Assembly (NCBI GenBank): GCA_000998805.1
Contig: LCFC01000004.1
Coordinates: 2,446-66,445, forward strand
Length of the DNA stretch: 64,000 bases
From: Parcubacteria group bacterium GW2011_GWA2_43_11
Lineage (GTDB): Bacteria > Patescibacteriota > Minisyncoccia > Phycocordibacterales > UBA12088
Direction of reading: 5' to 3'
How positions within the stretch are numbered: the stretch's first letter is position 1; every line of letters starts with the position of its first letter. The notes under the pieces were generated by a model that was not told the origin of the DNA, ran no database searches, and saw nothing but the letters and a program-made list of their open reading frames with translations. The position numbers and the translations under genes were made by a program. Of the stretch, positions 47,248-56,691 are shown in pieces.

Positions 47248-48456
47248 ATGGCAGCAGAAGCTTTTGATAGGTCAAAGCCCCATGTAAACGTTGGTACAAT
47301 AGGCCACGTTGACCATGGCAAGACCACTACAACCGCCGCTATTCTTCATGTGCTTGGATCTCTTGCAGTAGATAAGGGATATTCTGCACGTCTTGAGGGC
47401 GTAGACGGTATCGACAACGCTCCAGAAGAACGAGCTCGTGGTATTACTATTGCTCTTCACCACTCTGAGTACGAGACACCAAATCGTCACTATGCGCACG
47501 TAGACGCACCGGGACACGCAGACTACATCAAGAACATGATTACAGGAGCCGCACAGATGGATGCAGCTGTACTCGTGGTCGCAGCGACAGACGGTGCTAT
47601 GCCACAGACTCGTGAGCACGTACTTTTGGCTCGCCAAGTTGGTGTGCCTCAGATAGTTGTGTTTATGAACAAGTGTGACATGGTAGACGACGCGGACATG
47701 CTTGATCTTGTTGAAGAAGAACTTCGTGATCTTCTCACTGCAAACGGATTTGATGGTAAGAATGCTCCTGTAATTCGTGGCTCAGGACTTAAGGCTCTTG
47801 AAGCTACGTCAATGGATGACGAATGGGCAAAGAAGATTCTTGAACTTGCTGATGTCTTGGATTCCTATGTGGCAGTTCCAAAGCGAGAGATAGACAAACC
47901 TTTCCTTATGCCTATTGAGGACATTTTCTCTATTGAAGGTCGTGGTACCGTGGTGACTGGTCGTATTGAACGAGGAGTTATCAAGATTGGAGAGGAAGTT
48001 GATATCGTTGGAATTACGCCAACGAGCAAGACCACTATCACCGGTATCGAAATGTTTAACAAGCAACTTCAGGAAGGTCAGGCTGGAGACAATGCTGGTA
48101 TTCTTCTACGTGGTACAAAGAAAGATGATGTGCATCGTGGACAGGTGCTTGCAAAGACTGGGACAGTTACTCCTCACACTGACTTTGAGGCAGAAGTACT
48201 CATTCTTAAGAAAGAGGAGGGGGGACGACACACTCCATTCTTCAGTGGATACAAACCACAGTTTTATGTACGTACTACGGACGTAACAGGTGAAGTAACC
48301 CTAGCGGAAGGAGTAGAAATGGTGATGCCAGGTGACACGGTAACCTTTAAGGTTAAGCTTGTTGCACCTGTCGCACTAGAAGAGCAACAGCGCTTTGCAA
48401 TCCGTGAAGGAGGCAAGACTGTTGGAGCGGGAGTTGTTACTAAGATCAACGCTTAA
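47248..48456 (+). CDS. tuf: Elongation factor Tu
   Basis: [21 protein letters not shown]; 402 aa. Confidence 0.97.
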   Translation: MAAEAFDRSKPHVNVGTIGHVDHGKTTTTAAILHVLGSLAVDKGYSARLEGVDGIDNAPEERARGITIALHHSEYETPNRHYAHVDAPGHADYIKNMITGAAQMDAAVLVVAATDGAMPQTREHVLLARQVGVPQIVVFMNKCDMVDDADMLDLVEEELRDLLTANGFDGKNAPVIRGSGLKALEATSMDDEWAKKILELADVLDSYVAVPKREIDKPFLMPIEDIFSIEGRGTVVTGRIERGVIKIGEEVDIVGITPTSKTTITGIEMFNKQLQEGQAGDNAGILLRGTKKDDVHRGQVLAKTGTVTPHTDFEAEVLILKKEEGGRHTPFFSGYKPQFYVRTTDVTGEVTLAEGVEMVMPGDTVTFKVKLVAPVALEEQQRFAIREGGKTVGAGVVTKINA

Positions 48457-48486
48457 CTAAACCCATTGTTTTTAACCACTACTTCT

Positions 48487-48852
48487 ATGGCAACTAAAAC
48501 CACAAAGAAGGTTTCGAAAAGCTCAAAGATTGCACCGGTGGGTGAGGGTAGTAAACTACGTATCCGCATTCGTGCCTACGAACATAAGATTCTTGATGCA
48601 AGCATTAAGCAGATTATGGACACAGCGCTTCGATACGAAGCAAAAGTGGTTGGTCCTGTACCATTGCCAACGGAAATCAAGAAATACACGGTCAACCGCG
48701 CCACATTCGTTCACAAAGATGCGCGAGAACAATTTGAGATGCGAGTTCATAAGCGTATGATTGACATCTTGAATCCCGATCCGAAAGTAGTTGAAGCTCT
48801 AACAAACCTCTCTCTACCATCTGGCGTCAATATTGATGTCAAGATGAGTTAG
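48487..48852 (+). CDS. rpsJ: 30S ribosomal protein S10
   Basis: …KLRIRIRAYEHKILDASIKQIMDTA… The ORF is open from a TTG at 48466. Confidence 0.9.
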   Translation: MATKTTKKVSKSSKIAPVGEGSKLRIRIRAYEHKILDASIKQIMDTALRYEAKVVGPVPLPTEIKKYTVNRATFVHKDAREQFEMRVHKRMIDILNPDPKVVEALTNLSLPSGVNIDVKMS

Positions 48853-48863
48853 AAAACGTTAAG

Positions 48864-48897
48864 AAAAAACCGCTCTGAAGAGAGCGGTTTTTTCTTT
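48864..48897 (+). terminator. Rho-independent terminator directly after rpsJ (AAAAAACCGCTCTGAAGAGAGCGGTTTTTTC)
   Basis: Perfect stem plus a T-run, an unusual position inside the S10 operon. Confidence 0.65.
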
Positions 48898-49263
48898 TAG
48901 GTTTTGTTACATGCCGGGAGCAAGGCGGACGGCGCTTAGATAATGTTACTAAAATACCATCATGCTGATGGTATTTTAGTCTACTCTTTCTCGGATACCT
49001 TCGTGAAAGTTAGACCTTGCTCTGTAGTGATACATGTACTAAAAAAACCGCCCAACAGGGCTATTTTTTGTTTATGTAAGTATTACAACTAACGAACGTC
49101 AAAGGGAAAAGAGACTGTTGTTTAAAGAGACTATACAGCCAATTCAACACAATGTTGAATTTGGTGTTGCTCAGTCGTGGATTACCTGCCTGCGTAGACA
49201 GGAATTGCGTTCTTAATGACGCCGACTGAGTTAAAAGTTGTATAAAAATGGTACGGAGGTTTT

Positions 49264-49464
49264 ATGAAAAGAAAAGTGAAGCATATAATACCGTTCGATG
49301 ATGACCTGGTGGAGACAATTCCCGAAGGTCTGGAGTGGGAGATTGTCGGAAACGAGCTTGTAATCAAAGTGCCAAAATACCCTGCTGACGGTGCGTTCGT
49401 ATTCATTGAATGGTGCGCAGAGAAAGGGATTGAACATAAATGGCAAGATGGAAGAAATCTGTAA
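49264..49464 (+). CDS. Small protein, paralog family member A (66 aa); GGAGG Shine-Dalgarno
   Basis: MKRKVKHIIPFDDDLVETIPEGLEWEIVGNELVIKVPKYPADGAFVFIEWCAEKGIE…. Confidence 0.55.
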   Translation: MKRKVKHIIPFDDDLVETIPEGLEWEIVGNELVIKVPKYPADGAFVFIEWCAEKGIEHKWQDGRNL

Positions 49465-49474
49465 TCCCCAGTAG

Positions 49475-49707
49475 CGTAGTTGAGGTGGTGAAATACCAAG
49501 GGATGAATATGTCATTCGTACAAGGGGTGCAAGACGTTTAATAAAAACCCTCCCAAAGGGTTTAAATGGACGGGTTGAGAAAAGACAAATTCTGGAACAA
49601 TTTGTTTTACTTGTGCAAGTTCCAGCAAGTCCCCATGTTCTTTTTACAAAGTTCACAGAATGGTGCAGGAGAAATGATATAAATATGGAACAGTTGGTTG
49701 TTCAGTA
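49475..49707 (+). pseudogene. Degenerate paralog B of the same small-protein family with no canonical start codon
   Basis: In-frame translation …TLPKGLNGRVEKRQILEQFVLLVQVPASPHVLFTKFTEWCRRNDINMEQ aligns with A and C. Confidence 0.35.
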
Positions 49708-49755
49708 ACCTTGAGCCAATAATGTGGCACTAAACTCTTTCAAAGGAATAAAAAT

Positions 49756-49785
49756 AAGGCCAGAGACAAGCATTGTCCTGGCCTT
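49756..49785 (+). terminator. Conserved hairpin AAGGCCAGAGACAAGCATTGTCCTGGCCTT (family shared with 50268)
   Basis: Same stem sequence as the hairpin at 50268–50299. Confidence 0.5.
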
Positions 49786-49895
49786 CTGAGTAGTCCACCA
49801 ACGTGAACAGATTACCATTTGACTCTCTCTACATTCGGAGTACCATGAAAATTAGAGGAAATTAAGATGAAAATTCACCAAATAAGGAGAAAGTT

Positions 49896-50180
49896 ATGTG
49901 TGGAAAATGCGAAAATTGTGGCTATATTCCCTCAAAAAAAGAAGAATGGAATGAATTCAGAATCATAAGTGACGACCCTACCATTTTGGCAGGGACCCTC
50001 CCTCCGTATAATCCAGTAAGGTTGACTCTGAGAGGTGTTGTTAAGAACGGAGTGTTGGTGATTCGAGTCCCACCCAATGCTGAGCGGCCCGAGTATGATG
50101 CTTTCATGACTTGGTGTAAACAACAGAACATTGTCTTGTCAGGCTTTACTGGGGTAGTTCGCGAAACTCAAGCTGCGTAA
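49896..50180 (+). CDS. Small protein, paralog family member C (94 aa, Cys-rich N-terminus CGKCENCGY); AAGGAG Shine-Dalgarno
   Basis: …TLPPYNPVRLTLRGVVKNGVLVIRVPPNAERPEYDAFMTWCKQQNIV…. Confidence 0.55.
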   Translation: MCGKCENCGYIPSKKEEWNEFRIISDDPTILAGTLPPYNPVRLTLRGVVKNGVLVIRVPPNAERPEYDAFMTWCKQQNIVLSGFTGVVRETQAA

Positions 50181-50267
50181 TAGGCTGCGAATACGTATGA
50201 ACGACGAAAAGAAATAGGCCGGTAGATACAATCTATCGGCCTTGAAATGTGCTTGCGTAAAAAAGTG

Positions 50268-50299
50268 AAGGCCAGGGACAAAATAACGTCCCTGGCCTT
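50268..50299 (+). terminator. Conserved hairpin GAAGGCCAGGGACAAAATAACGTCCCTGGCCTT
   Basis: An 11-bp stem, paralogous to the hairpin at 49756. Confidence 0.5.
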
Positions 50300-50559
50300 T
50301 AACGAATTGCTGAAGTGAAGTGCGTCAGATTATCTTCTATCCACCTAACACAGTTTTTCCCTAAGGTGATAGGGTGGTCTGGCATACTCAGACGTTCAGT
50401 GTTTGATAAAAAATCGAGGCCAACAACCTTCGCTTTCGCTACTAGCAGCCTCCTTCTCTGATTCGCGGGCACCCACTTCAGCAATATGAAGTACATGTTT
50501 GTTACTAAACCTAGAGTATCAGAACATTTTTGTAAGTCAATTTATTGGTGTGTCATACC

Positions 50560-50628
50560 CAGTAGTGAAAATTGACGAAGCTCGACCTGTGGTCGAGCGC
50601 ACAAAGTGCATCGTCAATTTCTACTACG
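50560..50628. repeat. Third copy of the approximately 70-nt hairpin repeat (AGTAGTGAAAATTGACGA…TCGTCAATTTCTACTAC) with a different internal loop
   Basis: Arms identical to the units at 46747 and 46826; the loop has its own sub-hairpin CTCGACCTGTGGTCGAG. Confidence 0.7.
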
Positions 50629-50879
50629 GGGTTGCATTTTTTAACCCATTCCTGTATAGTACCGAGGCTAATAGAAGTATCGTAAGGTACTAGCCATGTT
50701 CCACCGACAGCAATGATAGGGAACCTCTGGACCGTAAGCCTCACTGGCTAGTGGTTCAGTGTAGGCCTTTTTTGTTAGCAAGGTCTTTAAAAACAGCGCA
50801 CTTCATCGTTGTGCTGCACAAAATACTTCTCATCGTATAATTTAATACGACTCGCAGTATTTTGTTTGCACGCCTCGAA

Positions 50880-50907
50880 TTGCATCTGTTTTTATACGCC
50901 CTACAGT
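50880..50907 (+). promoter_or_regulatory. Candidate sigma70-type promoter for rplC (TTGCAT-16-TACAGT)
   Basis: Hexamers visible directly. Confidence 0.35.
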
Positions 50908-50921
50908 TTTTGGTTTCAAAA

Positions 50922-51530
50922 ATGAAATTTATACTCGCTACAAAAGAATACATGACACAGATCTTCGATGAAGAAGGTCGTGTGCATCCTGCTACTGTAC
51001 TCAACGCAGGGCCAAATACCGTCACACAGGTCAAGACTGAGGAAAAAGATGGCTACAACGCTGTACAGGTGGCATTTGGAGAACGCAAGGAAGGCCGAGT
51101 AAACAAAGCACAACGACCAAAGGGTCTTTTCCGCTATTTCCGTGAGTATCGATCAAAGAACATTGAAGATATGGCTGTCACAGAAGGTGCAGTTATCAAT
51201 GTCGATGATGCATTTGCTGTGGGTGACAAGATAATGGTTTCCGGCATTGCCAAGGCAAAGGGTCATCAAGGAGTTATAAAGCGCCACCATTTTGCAGGAG
51301 GACCTCGCACCCATGGACAAAAGCACAACGAACGATCTCCTGGTTCTATTGGAGGAGGTCTACGAAGTCGTGTCCCAAAGGGTATGAAAATGGGAGGACG
51401 AACGGGAGGACGACTTGTGTCTGTGAAGAACCTTACAGTGGTGGGTATCAATAAAGAAAAAAATCAGCTCATTGTCGAAGGAGCTATTCCTGGAAGAACG
51501 GGCACCCTTATCGAGGTTCGAGGCTTGTAA
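50922..51530 (+). CDS. rplC: 50S ribosomal protein L3
   Basis: MKFILATKEYMTQIFDEEG…. Confidence 0.9.
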   Translation: MKFILATKEYMTQIFDEEGRVHPATVLNAGPNTVTQVKTEEKDGYNAVQVAFGERKEGRVNKAQRPKGLFRYFREYRSKNIEDMAVTEGAVINVDDAFAVGDKIMVSGIAKAKGHQGVIKRHHFAGGPRTHGQKHNERSPGSIGGGLRSRVPKGMKMGGRTGGRLVSVKNLTVVGINKEKNQLIVEGAIPGRTGTLIEVRGL

Positions 51531-51543
51531 TTCAATCAATATC

Positions 51544-52227
51544 ATGGACGCAAAGATATACAACATGAGTGGTAAAGAAACTGGAACAGTAGCACTTCCT
51601 GAGACTGTTTTTGGTGCAGCGTGGAATGGAGATCTTGTACACCAAGTAGTCACCGCCATGCTTGCAAATGCTCGAACACCTATAGCGCACGCGAAAGATC
51701 GCTCAGAAGTATCTGGAACTGGAAAAAAACCTTGGAAACAAAAGGGTACGGGAAGCGCACGACACGGATCACGACGTTCACCTATCTGGCGCAAGGGAGG
51801 TGTCGCACACGGACCACGAAACGAGCGAACCTTTAAGCAGAAAATAAACAAGAAGATGCGTGTGAAGGCACTCTATGCAGTACTTACCAAGAAATTCCAA
51901 GATGGAGAAGTACTTTTCCTTGATGCGATGACTTTTGAAGCACCAAAGACAAAAGAAGCAAAAAACACGATTGCAGCACTCGCAAAGATACAAGGATTCG
52001 AGTCGCTCGCAACCAAGCGCGCAAATACTGCTCTTATTGCGAGCATCACCACAGATGACAATACCGTTAAAAGCTTGCGAAACTTCAACAATATGATGCT
52101 TGAGCACGTCCGAAGTCTAAGTCCCGTTGATGTTCTTAAATACAAGTACCTCGTGCTAGTAGGAGCAGAGGATGCGGTGAAGGAGATAGAAAGTCGTGGC
52201 GCACAGACACCTGCTGTAAATAAATAA
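51544..52227 (+). CDS. rplD: 50S ribosomal protein L4
   Basis: …VHQVVTAMLANARTPIAHAKDRSEVSGTGKKPWKQKGTGSAR…. Confidence 0.9.
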   Translation: MDAKIYNMSGKETGTVALPETVFGAAWNGDLVHQVVTAMLANARTPIAHAKDRSEVSGTGKKPWKQKGTGSARHGSRRSPIWRKGGVAHGPRNERTFKQKINKKMRVKALYAVLTKKFQDGEVLFLDAMTFEAPKTKEAKNTIAALAKIQGFESLATKRANTALIASITTDDNTVKSLRNFNNMMLEHVRSLSPVDVLKYKYLVLVGAEDAVKEIESRGAQTPAVNK

Positions 52228-52234
52228 AAGGCAT

Positions 52235-52654
52235 ATGGCAATTTTTAACAAAAAAACTTCAGAAGGCGAGGTAGAAAACAAGAAAGCATCAGAAGCTAAG
52301 AAGGATGTCGCTGTGGTAAAAAACAAGAAAGCGGTCAAGCCTAAGGGTGATACTGCTGGCTACAATCTTACCAAAGAACCGGGACGTATCATCAAAACAC
52401 CTCGAATCACTGAAAAGGCTTTGCAAATGACCACAAGTGGCACGTACGTATTTGAAGTAGCTATGGATGCAACAAAGCGAGACATTGTGACCGCAGTGCA
52501 GGCGCTCTACAAGATAACACCACGTAAGATAAATATTGTTCGCCGAGGTCCTCGCCCATACGTAGCACGTTTCAGAAATCGACGTGGAACAAAAGTGGGA
52601 GTAAAAAAAGCATACGTTTTTCTTAAAAAAGGAGACAAAATTGACTTAGCATAA
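52235..52654 (+). CDS. rplW: 50S ribosomal protein L23 (Lys-rich N-terminal extension)
   Basis: Conserved L23 core. Confidence 0.9.
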   Translation: MAIFNKKTSEGEVENKKASEAKKDVAVVKNKKAVKPKGDTAGYNLTKEPGRIIKTPRITEKALQMTTSGTYVFEVAMDATKRDIVTAVQALYKITPRKINIVRRGPRPYVARFRNRRGTKVGVKKAYVFLKKGDKIDLA

Positions 52655-52658
52655 GCAT

Positions 52659-53504
52659 ATGAAGAACTACCGACCAACAACAGCATCACGACGGCACATG
52701 ACCACACGTTCCTACAAGAAGGTAGTGACAGTGTCTACGCCACACAAAACCCTCACCAAGGGAGGTAAGCGTGCTGTGGGACGTAACAGTCAGGGTAGGA
52801 TTACTTCACGACACATGGGAGGTGGTCACAAGCGAAAGTTCCGTGAGATTGACTTCACCTACAACAAACACGACATTCCTGCGAAGGTAGAAACGATTGA
52901 GTACGACCCAAACCGAAGTTCATACATCGCACTTCTTTGCTATGCTGATGGTGAACGTCGCTATACGACCGCTCACAGAGACATGAAGGTTGGAGATACG
53001 TTTATAGTTTCTGAAACAGCAAAGCCTGTGGCAGGGGTACGTATGCCACTTCGAAACATTCCTATAGGACTTGCGATTCACAATATTGAAACCAAGCCGG
53101 GAGCTGGAGCACGACTCATACGATCAGCAGGTACTTCAGCTACGATTCTTGCGCAGGATGGTACCCACACACACCTTAAAATGCCTTCATCTGAAATTCG
53201 AAAACTCAATAGCGCTGTCTGGGCTACTATCGGTGTTGTTTCAAACGAGGAGCATCAGTTGCTCACGATTGGAAAAGCGGGACGTAGTCGATGGCTTGGT
53301 ATACGACCTACGGTACGTGGTACAGCGATGAACCCTGTTGATCATCCAAATGGAGGAGGAGAAGGACGACAAGGTCGTGGACACCGCCGAGCACGAAGTA
53401 TCTTTGGAAAACCTACTGGCAAGGGTCACAAGACTCGACGACCAAAGAAATACAGCGATTCACTTATAGTGTCACGCCGTAAGGTAGGTAAGAGACGAAA
53501 ATAG
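52659..53504 (+). CDS. rplB: 50S ribosomal protein L2
   Basis: …GGGHKRKFREIDF… 281 aa. Confidence 0.95.
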   Translation: MKNYRPTTASRRHMTTRSYKKVVTVSTPHKTLTKGGKRAVGRNSQGRITSRHMGGGHKRKFREIDFTYNKHDIPAKVETIEYDPNRSSYIALLCYADGERRYTTAHRDMKVGDTFIVSETAKPVAGVRMPLRNIPIGLAIHNIETKPGAGARLIRSAGTSATILAQDGTHTHLKMPSSEIRKLNSAVWATIGVVSNEEHQLLTIGKAGRSRWLGIRPTVRGTAMNPVDHPNGGGEGRQGRGHRRARSIFGKPTGKGHKTRRPKKYSDSLIVSRRKVGKRRK

Positions 53505-53510
53505 AGTTAA

Positions 53511-53539
53511 TTGACAATAGGTCTAGCGTTGCGTAGTAT
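53511..53539 (+). promoter_or_regulatory. Near-consensus promoter TTGACA-17-TAGTAT between rplB and rpsS
   Basis: Hexamers and 17-nt spacing visible directly. Confidence 0.45.
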
Positions 53540-53575
53540 GAGCGCACGCTCGCCCACGAGCATTTTTATTACAAT

Positions 53576-53811
53576 ATGACACGATCACTTAAAAAAGGAC
53601 CATACGTAGACCCTCGAGTCTTATGGCAAAAACCACATTGAAGTACTCTGTACAGAAGACATGGTTGGACACAAACTTGGGGAATTTTCACCATCTACCA
53701 AATTCATGCGACATGGAGGAAAAATCCAGAAGGAGCTTGAACAAGCTCGAAAGGATTCTGAAATTCAGGCAGCAAAGGCGGCAAAAGCAGCTGCATCATC
53801 AAAAAAATAAC
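53576..53811 (+). pseudogene. rpsS: rpsS (30S protein S19) disrupted. Codons 1–21 are in one frame ([16 protein letters not shown] then TGA at 53639). The C-terminal half (…[29 protein letters not shown]…) is in another frame. About 34 central codons are absent.
   Basis: Manual translation; alignment to B. subtilis and E. coli S19 residues 1–16 and 48–92. Confidence 0.6.
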
Positions 53812-53819
53812 ATACCATC

Positions 53820-54299
53820 ATGCAAGCTTTTCTTAAAAACAATCGTCAGGCTCCACGCAAAGTGCGCTTAATTGCACGTGCTGTTGTCGGGAAGACTGTA
53901 GCGGTTGCCCTTTCTGAGCTTACCTACATGCCCCACAAAGGAGCAAAAACACTCAGTAAGCTTATCGTAAATGCAGTTGCAAATGCGAAGCAAGCAGATA
54001 GTAGTCTCAACGAAAATACCCTTATGGTGAAGAATATAATGGTTGATAAGGGTGTAACACTTATGCGATTCATGCCTCGAGCTTTTGGACGAGCATCACC
54101 AATACACAAAGAGTCTTCGCATATTCGTATACTTCTAGCAGAGATACCTACCACCAAGAAAGTTGCAAAGACGTCGATGAAAGAAGATGTGAAGAAAGAA
54201 ACCAAAGAAGTAAAGCCTGAAAAAGCAGTTACTGTAGAAAAAACCCACACCTCCACTAAAGTTACGGCGGACAAGGAAGTAGAAATAGTTGCTAAATAA
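53820..54299 (+). CDS. rplV: 50S ribosomal protein L22 (C-terminal extension)
   Basis: Conserved L22 core. Confidence 0.9.
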   Translation: MQAFLKNNRQAPRKVRLIARAVVGKTVAVALSELTYMPHKGAKTLSKLIVNAVANAKQADSSLNENTLMVKNIMVDKGVTLMRFMPRAFGRASPIHKESSHIRILLAEIPTTKKVAKTSMKEDVKKETKEVKPEKAVTVEKTHTSTKVTADKEVEIVAK

Positions 54300-54333
54300 T
54301 CACGAAAACTAATTTTAATTACAAAAACTTATT

Positions 54334-54938
54334 ATGACGCACGTAGTACATCCATACGCACATCGACTGGGAATCATCCGAGACTGGAAGTCACGTTGGT
54401 TTGTCCGTGATCGTAAGCAATTGCAGGTACGCTTCGCATTATTGTGAAGACCGCCCGTCCTGGTATGCTTATCGGCCGAAGCGGTGAAGGTGTTCAAAAG
54501 CTTCATAAGGAGATTGCAAAACAAATGCGTGCTCTAAAACTGTCCGAAACACCTGAGGTAAAGCTTGATATTGAAGAGATACGAAATCCAGAAGCAAATG
54601 CGCAAATTGTTGCTGAAATGGTTGCAGAAAGTCTTGAGAAGCGTATGCCTTTCCGTCGTGTTTTGAAACAAACGATTGAGAAGGTGATAGCAAACAGAGA
54701 CGTAAAGGGTGTACGTATTGCACTCGCTGGACGTATTGGTGGAGCGGAGATGAGTCGAAATGAGCAGATAAAGCGAGGACGAGTTCCTCTTCAGACACTT
54801 CGAGCGGATATCGAATTTGCTCGAACGGAAGCTTACCTTGCGTACACCGGTCTTGTAGGTATCAAAGTTTGGATTTACAAAGGAGATATTTTTGATACTG
54901 ACGAGCAGAATCAGACACAAACTCAAAACGCAAGATAA
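54334..54938 (+). pseudogene. rpsC: rpsC (30S protein S3) disrupted. N-terminal 37 codons (MTHVVHPYAHRLGIIRDWKSRWFVRDRKQ… then TGA at 54445). The KH/C-terminal part is in a different frame from 54429 (LRIIVKTARPGMLIGRSGEG…). About 34 codons are missing.
   Basis: Alignment to T. thermophilus S3 residues 1–28 and 63–207. Confidence 0.6.
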
Positions 54939-54956
54939 AAGATTTAATTACCTACC

Positions 54957-55379
54957 ATGTTACTACCAAAGAAAGTTAAATATCGAAAACTACAGCGAGG
55001 TCGCGATGCGATTCAGTATCGTCACCCTGCACAACGTGGGATCACGATTGCGTTTGGTTCCTTTGGTCTGAAATCTATAGAACAGGGACGTATTCGAAGC
55101 AACCAAATAGAGGCGGCTCGACGTACCATAAACCGCGCTATGGGTAAGACTGGGCGTATCTGGATTCGTATATTCCCTGATAGGCCATACACACAGAAAG
55201 CTGCAGAGGTAGGTATGGGTAAGGGAAAAGGAGATGTGCAGGCATATGAAGCCCCAGTGCTTCGAGGTAGCGTACTTTTTGAGGTAGATGGTATTGATGA
55301 GACCACTGCACGCGAAGCACTACGTAAGGCAAGTGCAAAACTTCCAGTTAAGACACGTTTTGTTGTTCGTAATGGGTAA
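54957..55379 (+). CDS. rplP: 50S ribosomal protein L16
   Basis: MLLPKKVKYRKLQRG…. Confidence 0.95.
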   Translation: MLLPKKVKYRKLQRGRDAIQYRHPAQRGITIAFGSFGLKSIEQGRIRSNQIEAARRTINRAMGKTGRIWIRIFPDRPYTQKAAEVGMGKGKGDVQAYEAPVLRGSVLFEVDGIDETTAREALRKASAKLPVKTRFVVRNG

Positions 55380-55444
55380 GTAGTTGCAAAAGATAAGAAA
55401 AGATATAGGATAACAAACATTTCAGGTGGGTAAGAATTTCTAAC

Positions 55445-55657
55445 ATGACTAAGAAAAAAGACACATTTCAAGACAAAGACGAGAAGGAGCTCAAGAAGCT
55501 TTTGGGTGAAAAGCGCGAAGCACTACGAGATTTTCGTTTTAGTATGAAGGGTAGCCGTGTGAGAAACACCAAAGAGGGTTCGTTGTTCCGCAAAGATATA
55601 GCTCGCATACTTATGGTACTTGGAAACAACAAGAAGCACGCTACTATCACTGAATAA
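55445..55657 (+). CDS. rpmC: 50S ribosomal protein L29
   Basis: 70-aa helical protein at the conserved position. Confidence 0.85.
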   Translation: MTKKKDTFQDKDEKELKKLLGEKREALRDFRFSMKGSRVRNTKEGSLFRKDIARILMVLGNNKKHATITE

Positions 55658-55664
55658 TTTTATT

Positions 55665-55958
55665 ATGACTACAACAACAAAAAACGATATGACTGCCACA
55701 GAGAAATCTGCAAAAGCTACGACTGAAAAAAAAGGCGGAAAGATACTTCGTGGCACCGTGGTCTCTGACAAAATGAAGGAAACAGTTGTTGTTTCAGTAA
55801 CCCGTTTTGTAAAGCACCCAAAGTATCGAAAATTTATCAAACGAGTGAAGAAGTTCCACGCACACAATCCCGGTGACGTTAAGAAAGAGGGAGATAAGGT
55901 ATCTATTCAAGAGTGCAGACCGATGAGCAAGACTAAGAATTTTATCGTCATAGCATAG
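55665..55958 (+). CDS. rpsQ: 30S ribosomal protein S17
   Basis: …[34 protein letters not shown]…. Confidence 0.9.
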   Translation: MTTTTKNDMTATEKSAKATTEKKGGKILRGTVVSDKMKETVVVSVTRFVKHPKYRKFIKRVKKFHAHNPGDVKKEGDKVSIQECRPMSKTKNFIVIA

Positions 55959-55989
55959 TACAGAGATATCTAATCACTTATACACCAAC

Positions 55990-56361
55990 ATGATACAGAC
56001 ACAATCCATCGTAAAAATTGCAGACAACTCAGGCGCCAAAATCGGACGTGTCTTTAAGGTGCTTGGTGGTTCCAAAAGACGGTATGCCCGCATAGGTGAT
56101 ATGGTAGTAATATCTGTGCAGGTTGCAGAGCCACGAAAGATGGTCAAGAAGAAGGAGGTACTCTATGCAGTAGTTGTTCGTTCACGACAGGCTACACGTC
56201 GAGCAGACGGATCGTACATACGTTTTGATGAAAACGCAGTAGTGATTATTGATAAGGACAAGAAAGAGCCAAAGGCAAACCGTGTGTTTGGTCCTATTCC
56301 CCGGGAAATTTCAGAAGCTGGCTATCAGCGCATAGCGTCACTTGCACCAGAGGTACTCTAA
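55990..56361 (+). CDS. rplN: 50S ribosomal protein L14
   Basis: [17 protein letters not shown]…. Confidence 0.95.
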   Translation: MIQTQSIVKIADNSGAKIGRVFKVLGGSKRRYARIGDMVVISVQVAEPRKMVKKKEVLYAVVVRSRQATRRADGSYIRFDENAVVIIDKDKKEPKANRVFGPIPREISEAGYQRIASLAPEVL

Positions 56362-56368
56362 AACTATC

Positions 56369-56686
56369 ATGAAAATCCACAAAAACGACAACGTTATAAT
56401 TATTGCAGGTAAGGACAAGGGGAAGACCGGGAAAGTCCTTCGAGCACTTCCAAGCGTTGAGAAGGTAATAGTTCAAGGAGTTAATATCCAGAAGCACCAC
56501 AAGAAAACCAAGAAAGACACCAAGCAAGGAGGTGGTATCGTCGAGGTGTCTGCTCCCATCCACGTTTCAAATGTACAGTTGGTAGATCCTAAGACAGGCA
56601 AAAAGACTCGTATCGGGGTGACCAAGGATGATGCAGGCAAGAAGAACGTACGCGTTACCAAAAAAAGTAGTACTAAGCTTAAGTAA
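56369..56686 (+). CDS. rplX: 50S ribosomal protein L24
   Basis: MKIHKNDNVIIIAGKDKGKTGKV… (KOW motif). Confidence 0.9.
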   Translation: MKIHKNDNVIIIAGKDKGKTGKVLRALPSVEKVIVQGVNIQKHHKKTKKDTKQGGGIVEVSAPIHVSNVQLVDPKTGKKTRIGVTKDDAGKKNVRVTKKSSTKLK

Positions 56687-56691
56687 ATACC

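Noticed and set aside
53623-53871. Track ORF of 82 aa ([16 protein letters not shown]…) between rplB and rplV
   Set aside because: It is the wrong frame. The region encodes the S19 fragments (frames 2 and 0), and this frame merely bridges them. It has no similarity to any r-protein.
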